From positions 7,254,001-7,318,000 of the forward strand of contig CM022665.1 in assembly GCA_012295275.1 (NCBI GenBank): DNA of 64,000 nt. Reading direction: 5' to 3'. Origin of the DNA: Chrysomallon squamiferum (Eukaryota; Animalia; Mollusca). The notes beneath the pieces are model-generated. The model saw nothing but the letters and a program-made list of their open reading frames with translations. It searched no databases and was not told the origin of the DNA. The position numbers were made by a program, and so were the translations under genes. Below are positions 43,811-60,600 of this stretch, piece by piece; the stretch's first letter is position 1; the number at the start of each line of letters is the position of its first letter.

Positions 43811-46308
43811 GTTAAGATAAAAAATCAGTGACAAATTAAATTACTGAAAATACTGTTATAAAATGGATTTGTTATTTACTTTAGTGTGTTCAGACTTCAG
43901 TTTCTCTAACAACTGTTCAGCCTCCTCTATTGCCAACATCAGTTTTGTCATGTCTGAAAAAATAATTATGTTGCCAAGTATATTTCTTTAAAATAATTTC
44001 AGCAATTGCAACTTTATCGTAATTCTTTTCAACCGTAAACAAAATTAAAATGCAGTAAAACAATATGCTGGAAATACTGGATGTACTTATCTTCTTCTAA
44101 CATAACTGTGAATAATTTTTTTTTGTTTTGAATTATTATCAACATGCCAAAGATTACTATAATAAATACTACAGGGAAACCTGTCTAAATAAGATTTTCC
44201 ATTTGTTGAGGATCTAGTTTAGACAACTTTCACTGCATACATAGTTAGAACAAATGAGGAAATTTATTTAAAATGTGAAAACAAAAATACTTGATTTCTA
44301 TATATATTACCTTCAGCAATATTAAAACCTTTCCCAAGTTTAATATTTTCTGAGAATCCCACTCCTTTCAGGCAGTGATCAAGCAGAGCTGGACCATAAT
44401 CTGTCGGAAATTAATTAATATTAGGATAACAACAGCACAGTACTTTTTAATATTAACAGTTAATTGGTATCAGTAACCAAACAGGTAGGCAGACTACATT
44501 TATCAACTAGCAACAAAGGATGGATCTTCACAGAGAGTGGAAAGCACATAATAGTAAAAGGAAAAGAATGAAACATCATATAGCCTAACAGGATAACTGA
44601 AAGAGGGAAATTCTACAAGGCCAAAGTTTTAACTGTAGAGCTACAACCAGCTCTCATCTCTTAAAAAGTGAGATCACAACATGAGATTAACAAACTACCT
44701 CTCTTTCTCACACAAACACACAAATGAATGAATGATAAATTAAGGTATTTTATTTTTGTTCTTTTCAATTCTAGAATATATAGAACTGAAATTTAATTAT
44801 GATTAACTGAAACAAAATATATTAAATTTTGTATGAATGTCTCCTCATATAAGCTGAAGTCTATGGCCTGAGTGAAGTTTAGTTTAGACAAGTTTAATCC
44901 TGTTTAATAACACTGATTAACTGCATCTGCAACAGAAAAATAAAAGACTGTTAGTATTACTTGAAACATCACAAATATTATTGTACCAACCTAAATTTGG
45001 AATGAGCATCTTTTTCAATGGATCCCCCTCCTTTCCAGACAAAATAATTTGCTGCAATCTGAAAAATAATATTTTCAACAAATTAAATTAAAAACCTTAA
45101 AAAGATCGCTATTTATTAAGTTTTTACATAGATTTCTTTTAAAAACTAACATAAATAACCAGTATAAATTAAAAAAAAAAAAAAAAAATCAGTGTTTGAA
45201 CAAACACTGCAAAGAGTTACTTATTTCATTGCATTATCTTAATTTTTCTGAACATTCACTTAATTTTTATGACAATCATAACACTATCTGCAGACTAACA
45301 AACTGTGCTAGAATGAACATCTGTAAAGTGTAATAATAAAAACTGCATTAAAATAACAGTAAATAATAAAACATGGAGATTTCTTGTGTTATCTTTCTTC
45401 TTGTGAAAGTAACAATATCAAGCTGAATTAAATCAAATGGTGAATGATTCAAAAATGATCTTTCTAATTCAATGGCTTCCAAGGTAAAAAATAATTAATA
45501 CAATTTTAATCCCATGAAGTTTTCAAATTTACTTTTCTTTTGTAGGAACTTCATGTTGCTTTGCTGCTTCTAATGGATATCTTTCTCTGACAGCATAACA
45601 GACTTCTTGACTAGTGTCTGTACGTGGCCGCAGAATGTTTAAAATATTATATTCATAATCTGTTAGAACAATGTTACCCTGAAAAAAAAAAAAAAATACT
45701 GTTGTTGAAGTATATGTATGAGATAAAAAAAAAAAAACCACCAAAACAAACCCTAATCCGAAAATAATAGTTATTTTCATAAACAAAATGTTATTTCAAC
45801 TAGTGTGTAACATTATTCTTTTAATTAAACCTTTAAAAAAAAAAAGATTAAAAATCTAAATCATCTTGTAGAAAGCTGCATTTACAAATTTAAAATATTT
45901 AATCTGGTGTATTAAATTTGCATCAGTATTTATTTCAGTTAAACACAAATGTAAAATAAATTCATTAAATGATTTTAAAATATTACAAAATGTTATGTAA
46001 AAATATTCATACCCTATCATACAATTCCAGAATGATGTGGTATGCTGCTTCAGAAGAACCAAACTGCAGATCAACAATTCTGTCAATTCCAAGCTGTGTG
46101 ATAGATTCAAATCGACGACCCTTTAAATGTTTTCTCATCTAAATACAAGAAAAAATAGTTTTAAATATCAAGTTCAATAAATTACTATGTGCATTATGAA
46201 TCTGTACAAAATATTACTTAGGAATGTTATCAAATATTCTAAACACAAAGTATGACACTTACACAGACATCTGCAAATTCATTTTACAAAAAACCCATTA
46301 TAACCTGT

Positions 46309-46344
<36 letters not shown>

Positions 46345-48140
46345 CAACAAGGAGAAAATGTCGGCTTAAGCTTAAAATAAACTTATTTCATATAATATTG
46401 ATATGTTGTAGGAATTTGTTAAAATTTTATCTTCTTGACAACAATTAATTCTAATATACCTTCATTGAAAATCCTGATGGTGCTGGATTTTTAGGCCAGT
46501 CAAATTCTGTACTGTGAATGCGTATTCCTGATTCTAACAAAATAACAGCCTTTTGATCTGGTCTGATAATAAAATAATAAAAAATAAAATAATAATAAAA
46601 ATGACCACACACATCAGTGGATTGAATTTATGTGAAATAAATTTATGGTAATTTGTTATCTGATTACAATATGTAGTGGTAATAATTATTTTATGTAATT
46701 AGAGAACAATTTTGATATGTGCATAAATTAGTGAAAATTGGCCTGGTGTGTATTATAATGAAATCTTACATGAAAGAATGTAATGTACACTGTAGCCAAC
46801 AATAATCATGACTGAAAAAGAAACTGACTTCACATCATTTCCATGGATAATACCTAAGTTAAAAAAAAAAATATCTTGTTTTTCTGAGGTAATTATTTTA
46901 TGAATAAGACTTAAGAGAGATAAATTATACATTTACAGAGCTCTAAAAGTGAAGTAAATCATTATCATAGTTATCAGTAGACATACTTTTGTATCCGAAT
47001 CAAATAGGTTTTGTTGTCAATATCATAGACATTTGCGACCCGCATTCCAAGAAACCTGCAAGATAAAATTTAAAAGCATGGAAACAAACAAATATTTTGG
47101 ATAAAACAACAATAATAAATGCCCTTGAAAAATCATCATTAAGCTAACAAAGAGTTGTGGAGTGAGTGATATATCACACACATTGAATGTAATGTGCTAA
47201 TCCATGCTGCAAAGAGTGACTGACCCATCTATAAGGTAAATAATAGTACCTGAAAAGTAACAACTTTTTTTTTAATATGCTATGATGGTAAACATCAAAA
47301 TAGCACTAAAAGTGTTAGACTATTACATCAAATTAAAAAAAATCTGCAAATAGAGCAATCGTGGAAACAATTTATTAACAGCATAATTAAAAAATAAAGT
47401 AATAATAATAATAGCAATATGTGAATATATAAATATCTTTAATTTCCCCCAACTGTTACACAATCTTTTCAGATGAAGATGACAAAATAATCACCAGAAC
47501 ATTTCCAATTGGTTCCTAACAAGAGAGCCAGTGTGATTCAATGCAGAGATTAATATTTTCTGTCACCCATAATAAATGTAAATTAATTGGCAATATCTAT
47601 CATATCTGAAGTGTACTTAAGATGAATTCAGAATTTGTGTTACCAACTATAAAAACAGGTGTTTAACTTTTCATCACTTGGGTCATTTCTGTTCACATCT
47701 TCAGTAGGATAACAGACATTAGGATCAATGAATTGTCTATGTCTTACTGAAGATGAAGAAAATACTGTCTGCTACCAGCATTAATCATACAAACTAACCC
47801 GGAAAAAGTTCATCAGATTGAGCTGAGCCAGATAATCTTATTATTATTATTTTTTTTTTTTTTTTGGAGGCATTTCAGAAAACCCATTGTTATACATTAA
47901 CAGGGCAAAATTTTAAATGACTGTTGAACATACCAATATAAGAAAACTGTTTTCCTCCATACATTAAACTAAATAATAATAATAAATGTTCTTGATTCCT
48001 TGATAATTTGATTGTTGCTCTTTAAACTGAAATATCTCCTGAATTTTATTCGTCTAGTCACTAGTGTCTAAATTAAAATCATACCTTTTTAATTCCTTAA
48101 TCATGACACTAATGTCAATTGTACTAAATCTTGTTTTCAT
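31702..48140 (-). CDS. NEMF: Ribosome quality control subunit NEMF (Rqc2/Caliban/SDCCAG1), about 1087 aa, 34 coding exons
   Basis: Exons (5' to 3'): 48140-48085, 47055-46987, 46562-46460, 46138-46013, 45678-45533, 45058-44991, 44400-44311, 43953-43880, 43314-43247, 42957-42882, 42668-42606, 42377-42300, 41771-41724, 41399-41239, 40941-40837, 40345-40282, 40101-40013, 38473-38370, 38090-38028, 37909-37739, 37527-37469, 37056-36680, 36262-36151 (GC donor; alternative end 36169), 35978-35938, 35682-35583, 35254-35204, 34630-34553, 34200-33987, 33764-33709, 33295-33245, 32832-32729, 32376-32333, 32147-32068, 31776-31702; phases close (3264 nt). Motifs: [42 protein letters not shown] (NFACT-N), [60 protein letters not shown] (NFACT-R), [46 protein letters not shown] (NFACT-C). 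Confidence 0.96.
38577..39848 (-). mobile_element. Degenerate Tigger/pogo (Tc1-mariner superfamily) DNA transposon in NEMF intron 17
   Basis: TIRs (G)AGTAGACTCTC 38577-38588 and GAGAGTCTACTG 39837-39848, each flanked by TA. Minus-strand decayed transposase from ATG 39387: [15 protein letters not shown]...[13 protein letters not shown] (HTH-psq-like), [22 protein letters not shown] and [17 protein letters not shown] (CENP-B/Tc5 HTH). Confidence 0.8.
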
Positions 48141-48960
48141 GTTGATTTCGCTTAAATTACAGCTGCATGGTCAAAATACTTTAAAAATAATTACTGCACA
48201 CGTCTTCAAAACAAACTAATCAACAGTCATGATTTTTCTGATAGACCGATCACACCAAATTGTAGCGCTTAAAAGACTGTGGTTGTGTCCGTACATAGAG
48301 CAACGGTTATCAAAATCAACCGTTAACTTTTGCGAACATTTTCCTGTTCCGCAACCTGATTATACACCAAACGTAAAGATTTCATACTACACTAGGAAGT
48401 TACATCAAGGTTATATCGACCTTTCGATGTATAAGAAGTAAATAAACAGACAACATAAGTAGAGTGACGATCATGATATTCTGATTTGAAAACGATTTTT
48501 CGTGTCAGTATTCAGCATGCAGTATAGAATTTTTGTTAAAATAATAACGATAATAAATAGTAAATAAACAAAACAGTGTTCAGTTTGGAGAATTAAAATG
48601 TTTATTGTTCTCTCTAAATAATTATCAATTTTGATGTCTGGTATCAGCATATAGTATCAAACTGTCGTCCAGAAGAGCTAAAAAAAAAATTATTTTTGGT
48701 TTTTATTTATTTTTTAATCGCACCGACCCCACACATACACATACACCAGTAATGTTCTGTCTTAAAAATTATATATATATATATGTTTAAAGTTCAGTAT
48801 ATTAATCTGAATAATTTAATCAGACACATTTTACTTCATTAAACCTATTACAGTTAATTTGAAAATTACTGATTTAGATTTTGTTTGTAGAAGTATAATT
48901 TTCATAAGCAAGCAGATATAGCTTAATCCAAAAATTGTAGTCAATATCAAATAAAACATT

Positions 48961-49005
<45 letters not shown>

Positions 49006-49369
49006 GTAATAATATCTCAAGAAGCATTATTTAAAATTTGAATTCACGCAGTATTACTATTATTATTATTATTACTACCCCCCCCCGCCCAGTTATGAAC
49101 CAAAGTGATCGACCATTTCCCAGTTTTCTTGGATATTAGAATCTATTTTGATTTATCTCTTTTGTCTTGGCCAATAAAACTACATAAAATTTTATTAATT
49201 TGTTTTAAAAGTTGTTCTGAATTATCTGCTAAGATAATAAATAAATAAATAAATATTATTGTTGTTGCTACCGTTGTTTTTGTTATTAAAATAACAACAA
49301 TAATAACAATAATTAAAACATTTTAAAATTATTATTATTGCTAGTAATTTCTTTTCTTTTCTTTTTCTT

Positions 49370-49408
<39 letters not shown>

Positions 49409-49662
49409 CGTTTTCAGTATGTTTAATTGTTTCAGGGTTACACTGAATTTAATAGGTGTAGGCTTTCCTAAGTACGTGTAAACAGCAGAAACCAGTATTA
49501 ATTTAAAAAGCATTAATTTAAATACAAAAACTGACTTCAAAAGAGGCATTTGGAACTATTTAATTTGATATTACACTTACAGAATTTGTCGCTTACATTT
49601 CTCGACATGTAATTCTGGTGTTTATTTAATGGTTCTTTATATACTAATTTATTTTCAGTTGT

Positions 49663-49704
<42 letters not shown>

Positions 49705-50801
49705 AAAACATTTCTGTTTTAAACAGTTTTGAAGATCTGCCAAAATATGAAATTTCTATCATTAACAATTAAGCTTACACAAATATATTTTTTATTTTTT
49801 ATTATATACAATGCATTTCTGATAGTGTTTACGCTTTTTCGTTTTCCTTGAATAATATTTTAGATGTATATATATACACAACTGAAAATAAATGAGTCTA
49901 TAAGTCTAATAATAGACGAATGTATCACTGCGGTAAAGGGGAAGTATAGAGTGTACGACATACCATTGATCCTCAGCTATAAAGCTCATGTCAAGCGAAT
50001 CGTCCTTGTTACTCTCGAGTCTTCTGATTGGTCTATATAAACTAGGTCTACTATGTTGACTTTATGGTAAAGCTGGGGATTTTTTAAATGACAGGTACTG
50101 TAAAATTATACGGTTTTATATTTAGAAACAGGAAGCAAAGAGTTTGGTTAAAATGATAAATTCTGTAGCATTCGTCAAAAACGTAAAATTGCGTGTTGAA
50201 TGTAGAATGAATACTTCTGATGCTTAAAAGGAATCCTTTTAAAGTAAGTACATTTGTACAGTGTATGTGTTTAAACAACAACAATTTCGTCTTGTCCTAT
50301 AGGGGTATTTCTGTGTGTTTGAAAGAGATTTATTTAGAACTAGTTTGTAATTTAAATTACATTTTGATGTATCCGTAGACTTATTATTTAAAATTTTGTT
50401 TAGTTTTAATGATAATGTGAATAACGAAAAGTATATTCAATGTGTTGATGTCATTTAAAATAACACTTTGTGACGAACGTACTTATTTAATATAATAGTT
50501 ACTCATCGCATCTTAAAACTCGCGACCTGATTAAACACGAGTGTATGAAACTTCAGTTACACAAACATAAAGAAAGTAAGTCGCATGTGACTGAATGTAA
50601 CAGACGACATCAAAATAGATTAAGAGTTAGGTCTGTATGGTTTTGCTTACAGCTAATTTTCAAAACACTTCTGTTTTAAACAGTTTTGACGATCTGCCAA
50701 AATATGATGAAATTTCTATCATTAACAATTAAGCTTACACAAATATTTTTTTTTATTATACATAATACATGGTTTTGTTTTCCTTGAATAATATTTTAGA
50801 T
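49705..50801 (+). repeat. Local direct repeat pair (49705-49865 and 50662-50801)
   Basis: Both copies share ttctgttttaaacagttttga.gatctgccaaaatatga..aatttctatcattaacaattaagcttacacaaatat..gttttccttgaataatattttagat. Confidence 0.9.
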
Positions 50802-52922
50802 AGTGAATCACATATTCGCCGAGACTCGTCGTACGAACGTGCATATATAATTTAAGCTGCTTCCGTAACGCTGAACAGTTCGTTATGTCTGTAACTGACA
50901 AGTACAGTCGATCTAATTAACTGCTGCAGTTTCCTATTTATATTATTATTATTAGTAGTAGTAGTAGTAGCAGTCTTCTTTTCATTTTGTTTGCTTTTCG
51001 GATTTGATTAATGTTTCGGAAGTAGAAAGTATAATTCTGCAGTTTAGATCTACATCTTGTTAGCAGAGGTTTTACTAAAAAATGTGGGTGCTTTTCCAGA
51101 AACATGAAGACTCCGCTCATTAAACATATTTCTATTACAAGAAACATTTCTACAGCGATACCACAGCTGCTTTCATTAACATTGGAAAAATTTATTGGTG
51201 TGACAGTTTTGACAAACTAAAGTAGGTTTATACAATTTTATATGATATTTTTGTATCTGCACTATCAGTTAATATATATATATATATATGTAATTAGTAG
51301 GTAATATATACGTACATAACTCACTAGTTACTGACTATATAAAATCCTCATAAAACAACTGTTCTAGGAACAAACAACCAAGACGGATTTTCAAATCAAA
51401 GGGCTTTAATAATAGGTATTCTCTGATATAGAAATATAAAAGAACACAACAGTGTAACTCTGGCATTTCGAAGGAGGACAAACTGACCAGGTTCAGAAAA
51501 CTGTATTTAATTTATACAAAACATAATAAACATTCTACATTCGTAAAATCAGAACAAATCAAACTAAAACTAAAACCATGACAAAAAAAAAAACGCTGAT
51601 GTTTTGATAAAAAGAAAATAATTCCAAACAAATATATTCAACAAACATATAATCAAATACATAATATTAATATTCAGTTCAATACAATCAAATCTGAGGA
51701 GAAGTCAATTACATGCCTTTAAATATTAATATCAACTGTCAAAGTGTATTACTCATGGCTTCCGGGAGGAACTGTTCATGAATAAATCTGCTACACTTCA
51801 ATATTTCCTATCCATATTATTACATGATCTCACATGATAACACTTAGCCAGATTAATTGGTTTCATTTCATGTTTATTTATTTCTCGCACTTGGACACGT
51901 GATATACTAATATTAATATGAGACATCTGCCTGTAATCATTTCTACCGCTTACGTTAACTAGAACCAATTACATTGTATTAAAGTCTCCATAAAAATCCT
52001 TTATACATATATTAGATAATAATTAAACCATAAGCTTTTTGGATACGTTTATAACTTTCTATAATTATTATTCATATTTTGGGTACAGTGAAAACATAAA
52101 TATAATATCACTGAAAATTTATATTTAAAGAAAAGGGTAACAGCTATCATGTGAAAACTAATACAGATCACGTTAATTATTATAAATTGTTACCACTGTT
52201 ATTTATTGTTATGACAAGACATTTAATAAATTCTGCGCTAGCATATTCAAAATAAATGAAAGTCCACAAGTAAAATATAATTTTGGTCTCATCTTTAATA
52301 TATAATAGCTTAACTATTCGTTTTAGTAGACATAATAAAATGAAAGCAATAAGAATACATTAATTACTTATCTTAGCTGATCTATACCACATATAAGTGA
52401 AATCATAATACACCAAATATAAAAATGTTTTCCTTCACTAACAATTATTTAAGGTCCTGTCATGTCAAGGGCCAGAGTGCAATCCTTGCTCTCTGTGAAT
52501 GTTCCCTCTTAAATTATAGGCAGCAGTTGCCATAAAATGGTCATGTGACATTACCATGCAGTTCTAACGAAAGATCCCATTAGGAAGCAGCGATATTAGC
52601 TTTTCTAGCTAGCACGTACTCCTCTCCCATTACTTTTATGAACTGATCACTTCAAAAACATAAAATACTGACATTTATAGAATAGGAAACAATGGTTATT
52701 ATTTTTCTGTTTTACACACATATATATATTTTTATATTTATATATCGACATGTCTCTCATTTAATCTTTTTATTTGAGCATATGCATTACTAAACAGAAA
52801 AGTAATTAACTAATTCAGTCAACAAATTTATGTATTTTAATAAGTAACCACAAAATTAGATTTCATTTCCAGAGAATAACTAATGTAATCAATTTCTTCG
52901 TTAATTTAGAACATTCGACACA

Positions 52923-55185
<2,263 letters not shown>

Positions 55186-56007
55186 AGCATTTCATTTTAT
55201 GTGCAGAAACATTACTTTTGAACTTTTTAATTGATATATGTAATATTTGTACAAGGAATAATCTTTTTATTATTCCTTAATATATATATATAAGCATATA
55301 TTATTATTATTAGTATGTACCTGTATTCAGATTTATTATGAAACACGTGCATGTACTTTTCAACCTATGAGAAGGTGTGTATAAAAACTTGCTTATTGCT
55401 AATCGACAAGACAATCCCATTAATCGCGGTAGTGAATTTTCTCACTCCAGTAAAGTTTATACCAAATGTTATTGTTTCTCCAAACTGCCTTATTAATATA
55501 CTGAATATAAATTATTATTTATTACTTTAAGAATTTATACTTTTATCTGTTGTTTTTTGTTTTGACGTTTTCTGTTAAATATATTTACCAAAGAAACATT
55601 TATGTTATAAGATAACATTATTTTTTTTAACGACTGTGTTCATATTGAAATCAAAAGTAAATGTAACCATCTACTGACTTCTGTTGTTATTTACGTTACT
55701 TAATAAAACTGACAAAACAGTTGATTGTGAACATATACAAAGATCTTAATAAAGACAAACCTTGTGTCTGTGAAAATATTCTAGAATTTAACTGAATAGT
55801 TTTAAAAGAAAAAAATATAGTTTATATGGCGATTTCAGTTCTGAATTTTTAAATTAAGAGAAAAAAAAAAAAAAAAGTCTCAAACCGTTCTCTTGCTTTT
55901 ACTTTTTATCCGAAAATGTTTTGCAATTTATTTTAGAGATGGATATAGTTAGTATTTATCTCTCCGTCTTTTCTGTAGATGTACATATACGATGTACTTT
56001 TAACAAG

Positions 56008-56107
<100 letters not shown>

Positions 56108-57623
56108 CCGTGTTTTATTTATTTTTATTTTTTCTTGTTTATTTACTGATGCCATTAAAACATTTGAAAATTCAAATGAAATAAAACACAAATCATTCTG
56201 TTGTTTGTAAACATTAATGAATAAATGAAATAAAAAAGAAAAAAAACAAAACAAAGAAAAAGAAATATTTGTTTGTTTTTACTACTATCTGAAAAGAAAA
56301 AAACAACAACAAAACAATTGAAATAAAAACTAGTTGACAAAATTTCAATCTGATATGTAAGATTAGAATTGTAGACATTACAATACATTTTCCATCCAAG
56401 GATCTGAACTCACAGTCTACTAATATTCAGGATACAGCTTAACCATTATACAACTGAAACTTAATTTCATTTACTATTAATATCACATCTGCAGCAACAT
56501 TAGTTATAATCTGTCGGAAAGGATGAACAAACGGGTAAGAATGGTGCAACGGTTATGGAGTCGAATGTACAGTTAAAAAAATTATGAAAATCCACTGACT
56601 AAAAGATCATTTTTATTTCAGGTGAGGCTAATTAATTGCTTTCTTATATTTAATGACATTAACTGATATTCGTTTTTTATTTTCATCAGTAATATCGGAT
56701 TTAGTAATAACATAATGGTGTGTGTGTGCATGTGTGTGTGTGCGTGTGTATGTGCGTGTATTTAAGTCGCATATCTTACAGATTACATAATCTGCCTTCT
56801 CACTGGGCTATTTCCACAACTTACCATAGCTAAGAAGTAACATAAATCATTAGATTTTCAGTAGCTGTTTTCCTTTCTCATATAATCACTGCAGAGAAAC
56901 CACAGGTCAGGCAGCTTGCAACAGTTACTATTGTAACACTCTGAGGTGTCGTAAACAAACGTTAATTATGCTTATTGATGTTACCTGTTACAAACGAAAA
57001 AAAGTAAATGATATTTTTATGTTTAAACGAAATTTACTGTTTATATTCGACGCAGTTTTAATATCGGGAATTCGATTATATCTTCCATTACATAATGCCT
57101 AATATGATTAATCAATGAAATACTGTATAAAAGCTAACATAAAACTGGATATCAGTTACACATTACTGTGCGCGGTGTTCGCGAACTGGCAAGTGTGATT
57201 TAAATATTGCGCTGTTAATAGAAGGGCGTGTGTTTACGTTCCATTTGGTATTGAGGTGGTTGCTATAACCTGTCTGCAAATCAATTCGTATTCTGAGTAA
57301 TCTGTTTATTATCTTCTTTTGTTAATCGGTAAACCGGGACAACCAACAATAGCTACCAACGTATCATTCCCACGACTGAGTGCTAAATGGTATTGTGACA
57401 GAGACCATTTGCCTAAGTATGTTTTAATATATATAAATAACACGAAAGGCAAACTGCTGTAGTTAAGTATTGCAAACAAAGCCTTGTTGGTAGCTAGTCG
57501 TCTACTCGCGCATTATGGACCAAGACAGCACGTTTTGTTAGAGATTCTTTTCTGAGCAAGTAAGCACGTATTCAGTCTGTATTCTTAATAGAGAACATAA
57601 ATTAAAGTGTAAGATCGAAAGAA

Positions 57624-60600
57624 ATGTCAAACGAAATGAATCTTGAACAGATGAATGACCAATCCGCTGGTCGCGGTATGGTCAGACGTCAGCAACAGAT
57701 GGTCTCCAAATCTCTTTATTTAAGTCACAAACTATGTCAAGAAGGAAAACAGTCTGAGGTTACTGGTAAGTATGAGAACGACAAAGACAGTAACAAGATT
57801 AATGAAAGTCAGGACAAAAGAATAAGTTCAGATGATGATGGGCCTGAGCAAAGTGAAATATTGGAAATACAGTCGAATCTTTTAACAGAAACTGCTGAAG
57901 TTAATTCCGAAACAAATTCCATTGGCCAGCATACTGAAGTTGGTGAGCATCCTGAAGTTGGTGAGCATACTGAAGTTGGTGAGCATCCTGAAGTTGGTGA
58001 TCATTCTGAAGTTGATCACATTCTGAAGTTGGTGATCATTCTGAAGTTGATGAGGATCCTGAAGTTGGTGATCATTCTGTAGTTGGTGAGCATCCTGAAG
58101 TTGGTGAGCATACTGAATTTGATCAGCATTCTGAAGTTGGTGATCATTCTGAAGTTGATGAGGATTCTGAAGTTGATGAGGATCCTGAAGTTGATGAGGA
58201 TCCTGAAGTTGGTGGATATACCGAAGTAGGTGAGCATACTGAAGTTGGAGAACATTCTGAAGTCGGTGGATATACTGAAGTAGGTGAGCATACTGAAGCT
58301 GATAAGTATAATGAAGTTGATGAGCATATAGAGGCTGGTGAGATTCATAAAGCTAGTGAAAATATTGAAGATGATGAGAATTCTGATGAAAATTATGCAA
58401 AAAGTCCAAATTCCAATTTGTTAAAAGAAGAAAATACCGAAAGTGCTATCAGTTTAAATGAAGTCGGGGAAAATACCGAAACCAAATTTGTTGAAAAAGA
58501 AGAAGAAAATTCTGATTTAAATCTCATAGATTTAGATGAACCATATCAGGATACAGAATCAACAGATTTCTCAAAATCACCAGCAGATTTCGACTACAGC
58601 AATTCGGGACAAGAAGAATTTGTAACGAATGAAAATGTTGAATCCACTTTAACTATAGAAGATAAAGTTTCATGCAAGTCAGAAAACTCTGATTCCAGAC
58701 GCACTTCAGAAGATGAAGCAAGTGATACAGAACACTTGATTGACGACTTGGATTCCCCAGCTGACGAAAAAGAAAATCCATCACCATCTGAAATAGTTTC
58801 AAAATCTGAAGAACAATTTCAGCAAGACAATATGTCTACTGAACAGGAGGCCGACATGTTCGAGTCTAGTGATCCAGAACACAAAATGCAGGAATTAACG
58901 GAATCAGTTATACATATGAAGAGTAAACTACGACACATCTTCTCGAATGCTGACAAACTCCTGCAGAACTACAGCAAGATGCTGAACTCCGAACCACTGA
59001 AGGATTTTGTACAGAAACTGGAAAGTTTTAAACAAGATTTCGCAGCACTGAATAAAGCTTATAGCGAATGCGAGGACATGAGTAACATGATGACTACAGA
59101 ACTGACTCGCCTACGTCAGTCAGCTGACAAAATTAACGTTCTCATAAAAGAGAAATTCAAAGATGAAGATTTGTCGAAATGGTCAGATCCAGACCCGGAA
59201 AAGGATACAAGTAAGTTTATCTTTGTGATATCAGTATAGATCGTTGCTGAAATAATAATGATTAATATGAAAGTGAAATACAAACGTTTTTTTATGTTTT
59301 TTTGTTTTTTTTACAGAAAATAATTATATTATGATTCTCCAGGATTTTCTTAGTGAGTCAAACCAGTAATGATATACGCACACGAAACGCGTAGAAACAG
59401 AAAAACACAAAAGTATACAGTAATGAAAATAAAGTAAAGATCAAATATATTTTACATTATTTAGAGTACGGTATTCTAATAGATTTTTAAAAATGTAAAT
59501 ATTTTAAATTTTATTACTGAAAAGCATTATCAATCTACACATTTGTTTTAATATAATTATGGTTATAATATCAAATTAATCAGTTTAATGAAATCTTATT
59601 TGAATGCAGTATATCACAGATTACTCTGTGTATAGTTTAAACGATTAATATAGTTTTATACTCTTTATATTTTTTCTAAATTCTTTTTATTTTTATCTTA
59701 ATTGAAACTTCACTTGTATGTGCTAGAATACTAAGTAATAATTGTTTGCTGATTTAATACATTCCATTACAAAGTCTAAATCGGGTTCATTTGTAATAAT
59801 AATTTGATAGATTTTATTCAGGGTGGCGTTTATCAGTTCATAACTAGAAAATACAGATATAAACTGGAGTTTATCGTGAATGTTAATATTTCAATAAAGC
59901 CTTTCATTTTAGATATAGTGAATGTGGTATGTGGGATTTTTCTTTTTCTAGGGTTGAAGGTTTCTTTCTTTCAGTGTAGGATATTAACTCTAGGCACGAA
60001 TTTCTTTCTGCTGTTTACTTTTCACACACAAAAAAAATGTACTCGTTGCAATAAATCGATCGGTTTGAAAGTAAACAGTTTTATTCAGAATCACACTGAC
60101 GTGGACAAAAGATAAATATAAACATAAGCATGCTGGCCTTCCCTGCAGTGAAATTAAAATACGTCCGGGACCAACTTTACACAAATACGTAGCAACGAAC
60201 AGCTAAAGTTCTTGAGAACTCAGTTTATAAGTGGCCACGGCAATCGATATGTCAATATATACCCCGTCAAAAAGAATGGGAATATGCAATAAGAATGAGA
60301 AATGTCACGCATGCACACAAACTGTAATGTCAGAATTATTACAAAGGATTGTTTTCTTTAAGTTTCTGTTTACAGTTCCGTCATGGTACTAGGATTCTGG
60401 GGTCAAGTGGGTAGTCCTACACCGTGCCGCACCATAATCAGATTCAATAAGACAATGTAAAACCTAATACTCACGCGCCTGAAATGTAGGCAGATACTAG
60501 TTTCTACAAGTACATAGGTATAATCGTAAATTCAATTATTCATCTCAAGTATTTATCTAAAAAAAAAAAATCCATAAAAAAAAAAAAATAAATAAAAAAA

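Noticed and set aside
47628-47677. Minus-strand GTGATGA...CTGA in NEMF intron 1 as a C/D snoRNA
   Set aside because: Only about 50 nt, poor terminal stem and no identifiable guide target.
57924-58348. CRISPR-like array, or an independent minus-strand ORF (58016-58348)
   Set aside because: Head-to-tail 18-bp units with no unique spacers in a eukaryotic exon; the antisense ORF is a by-product of the repeat.
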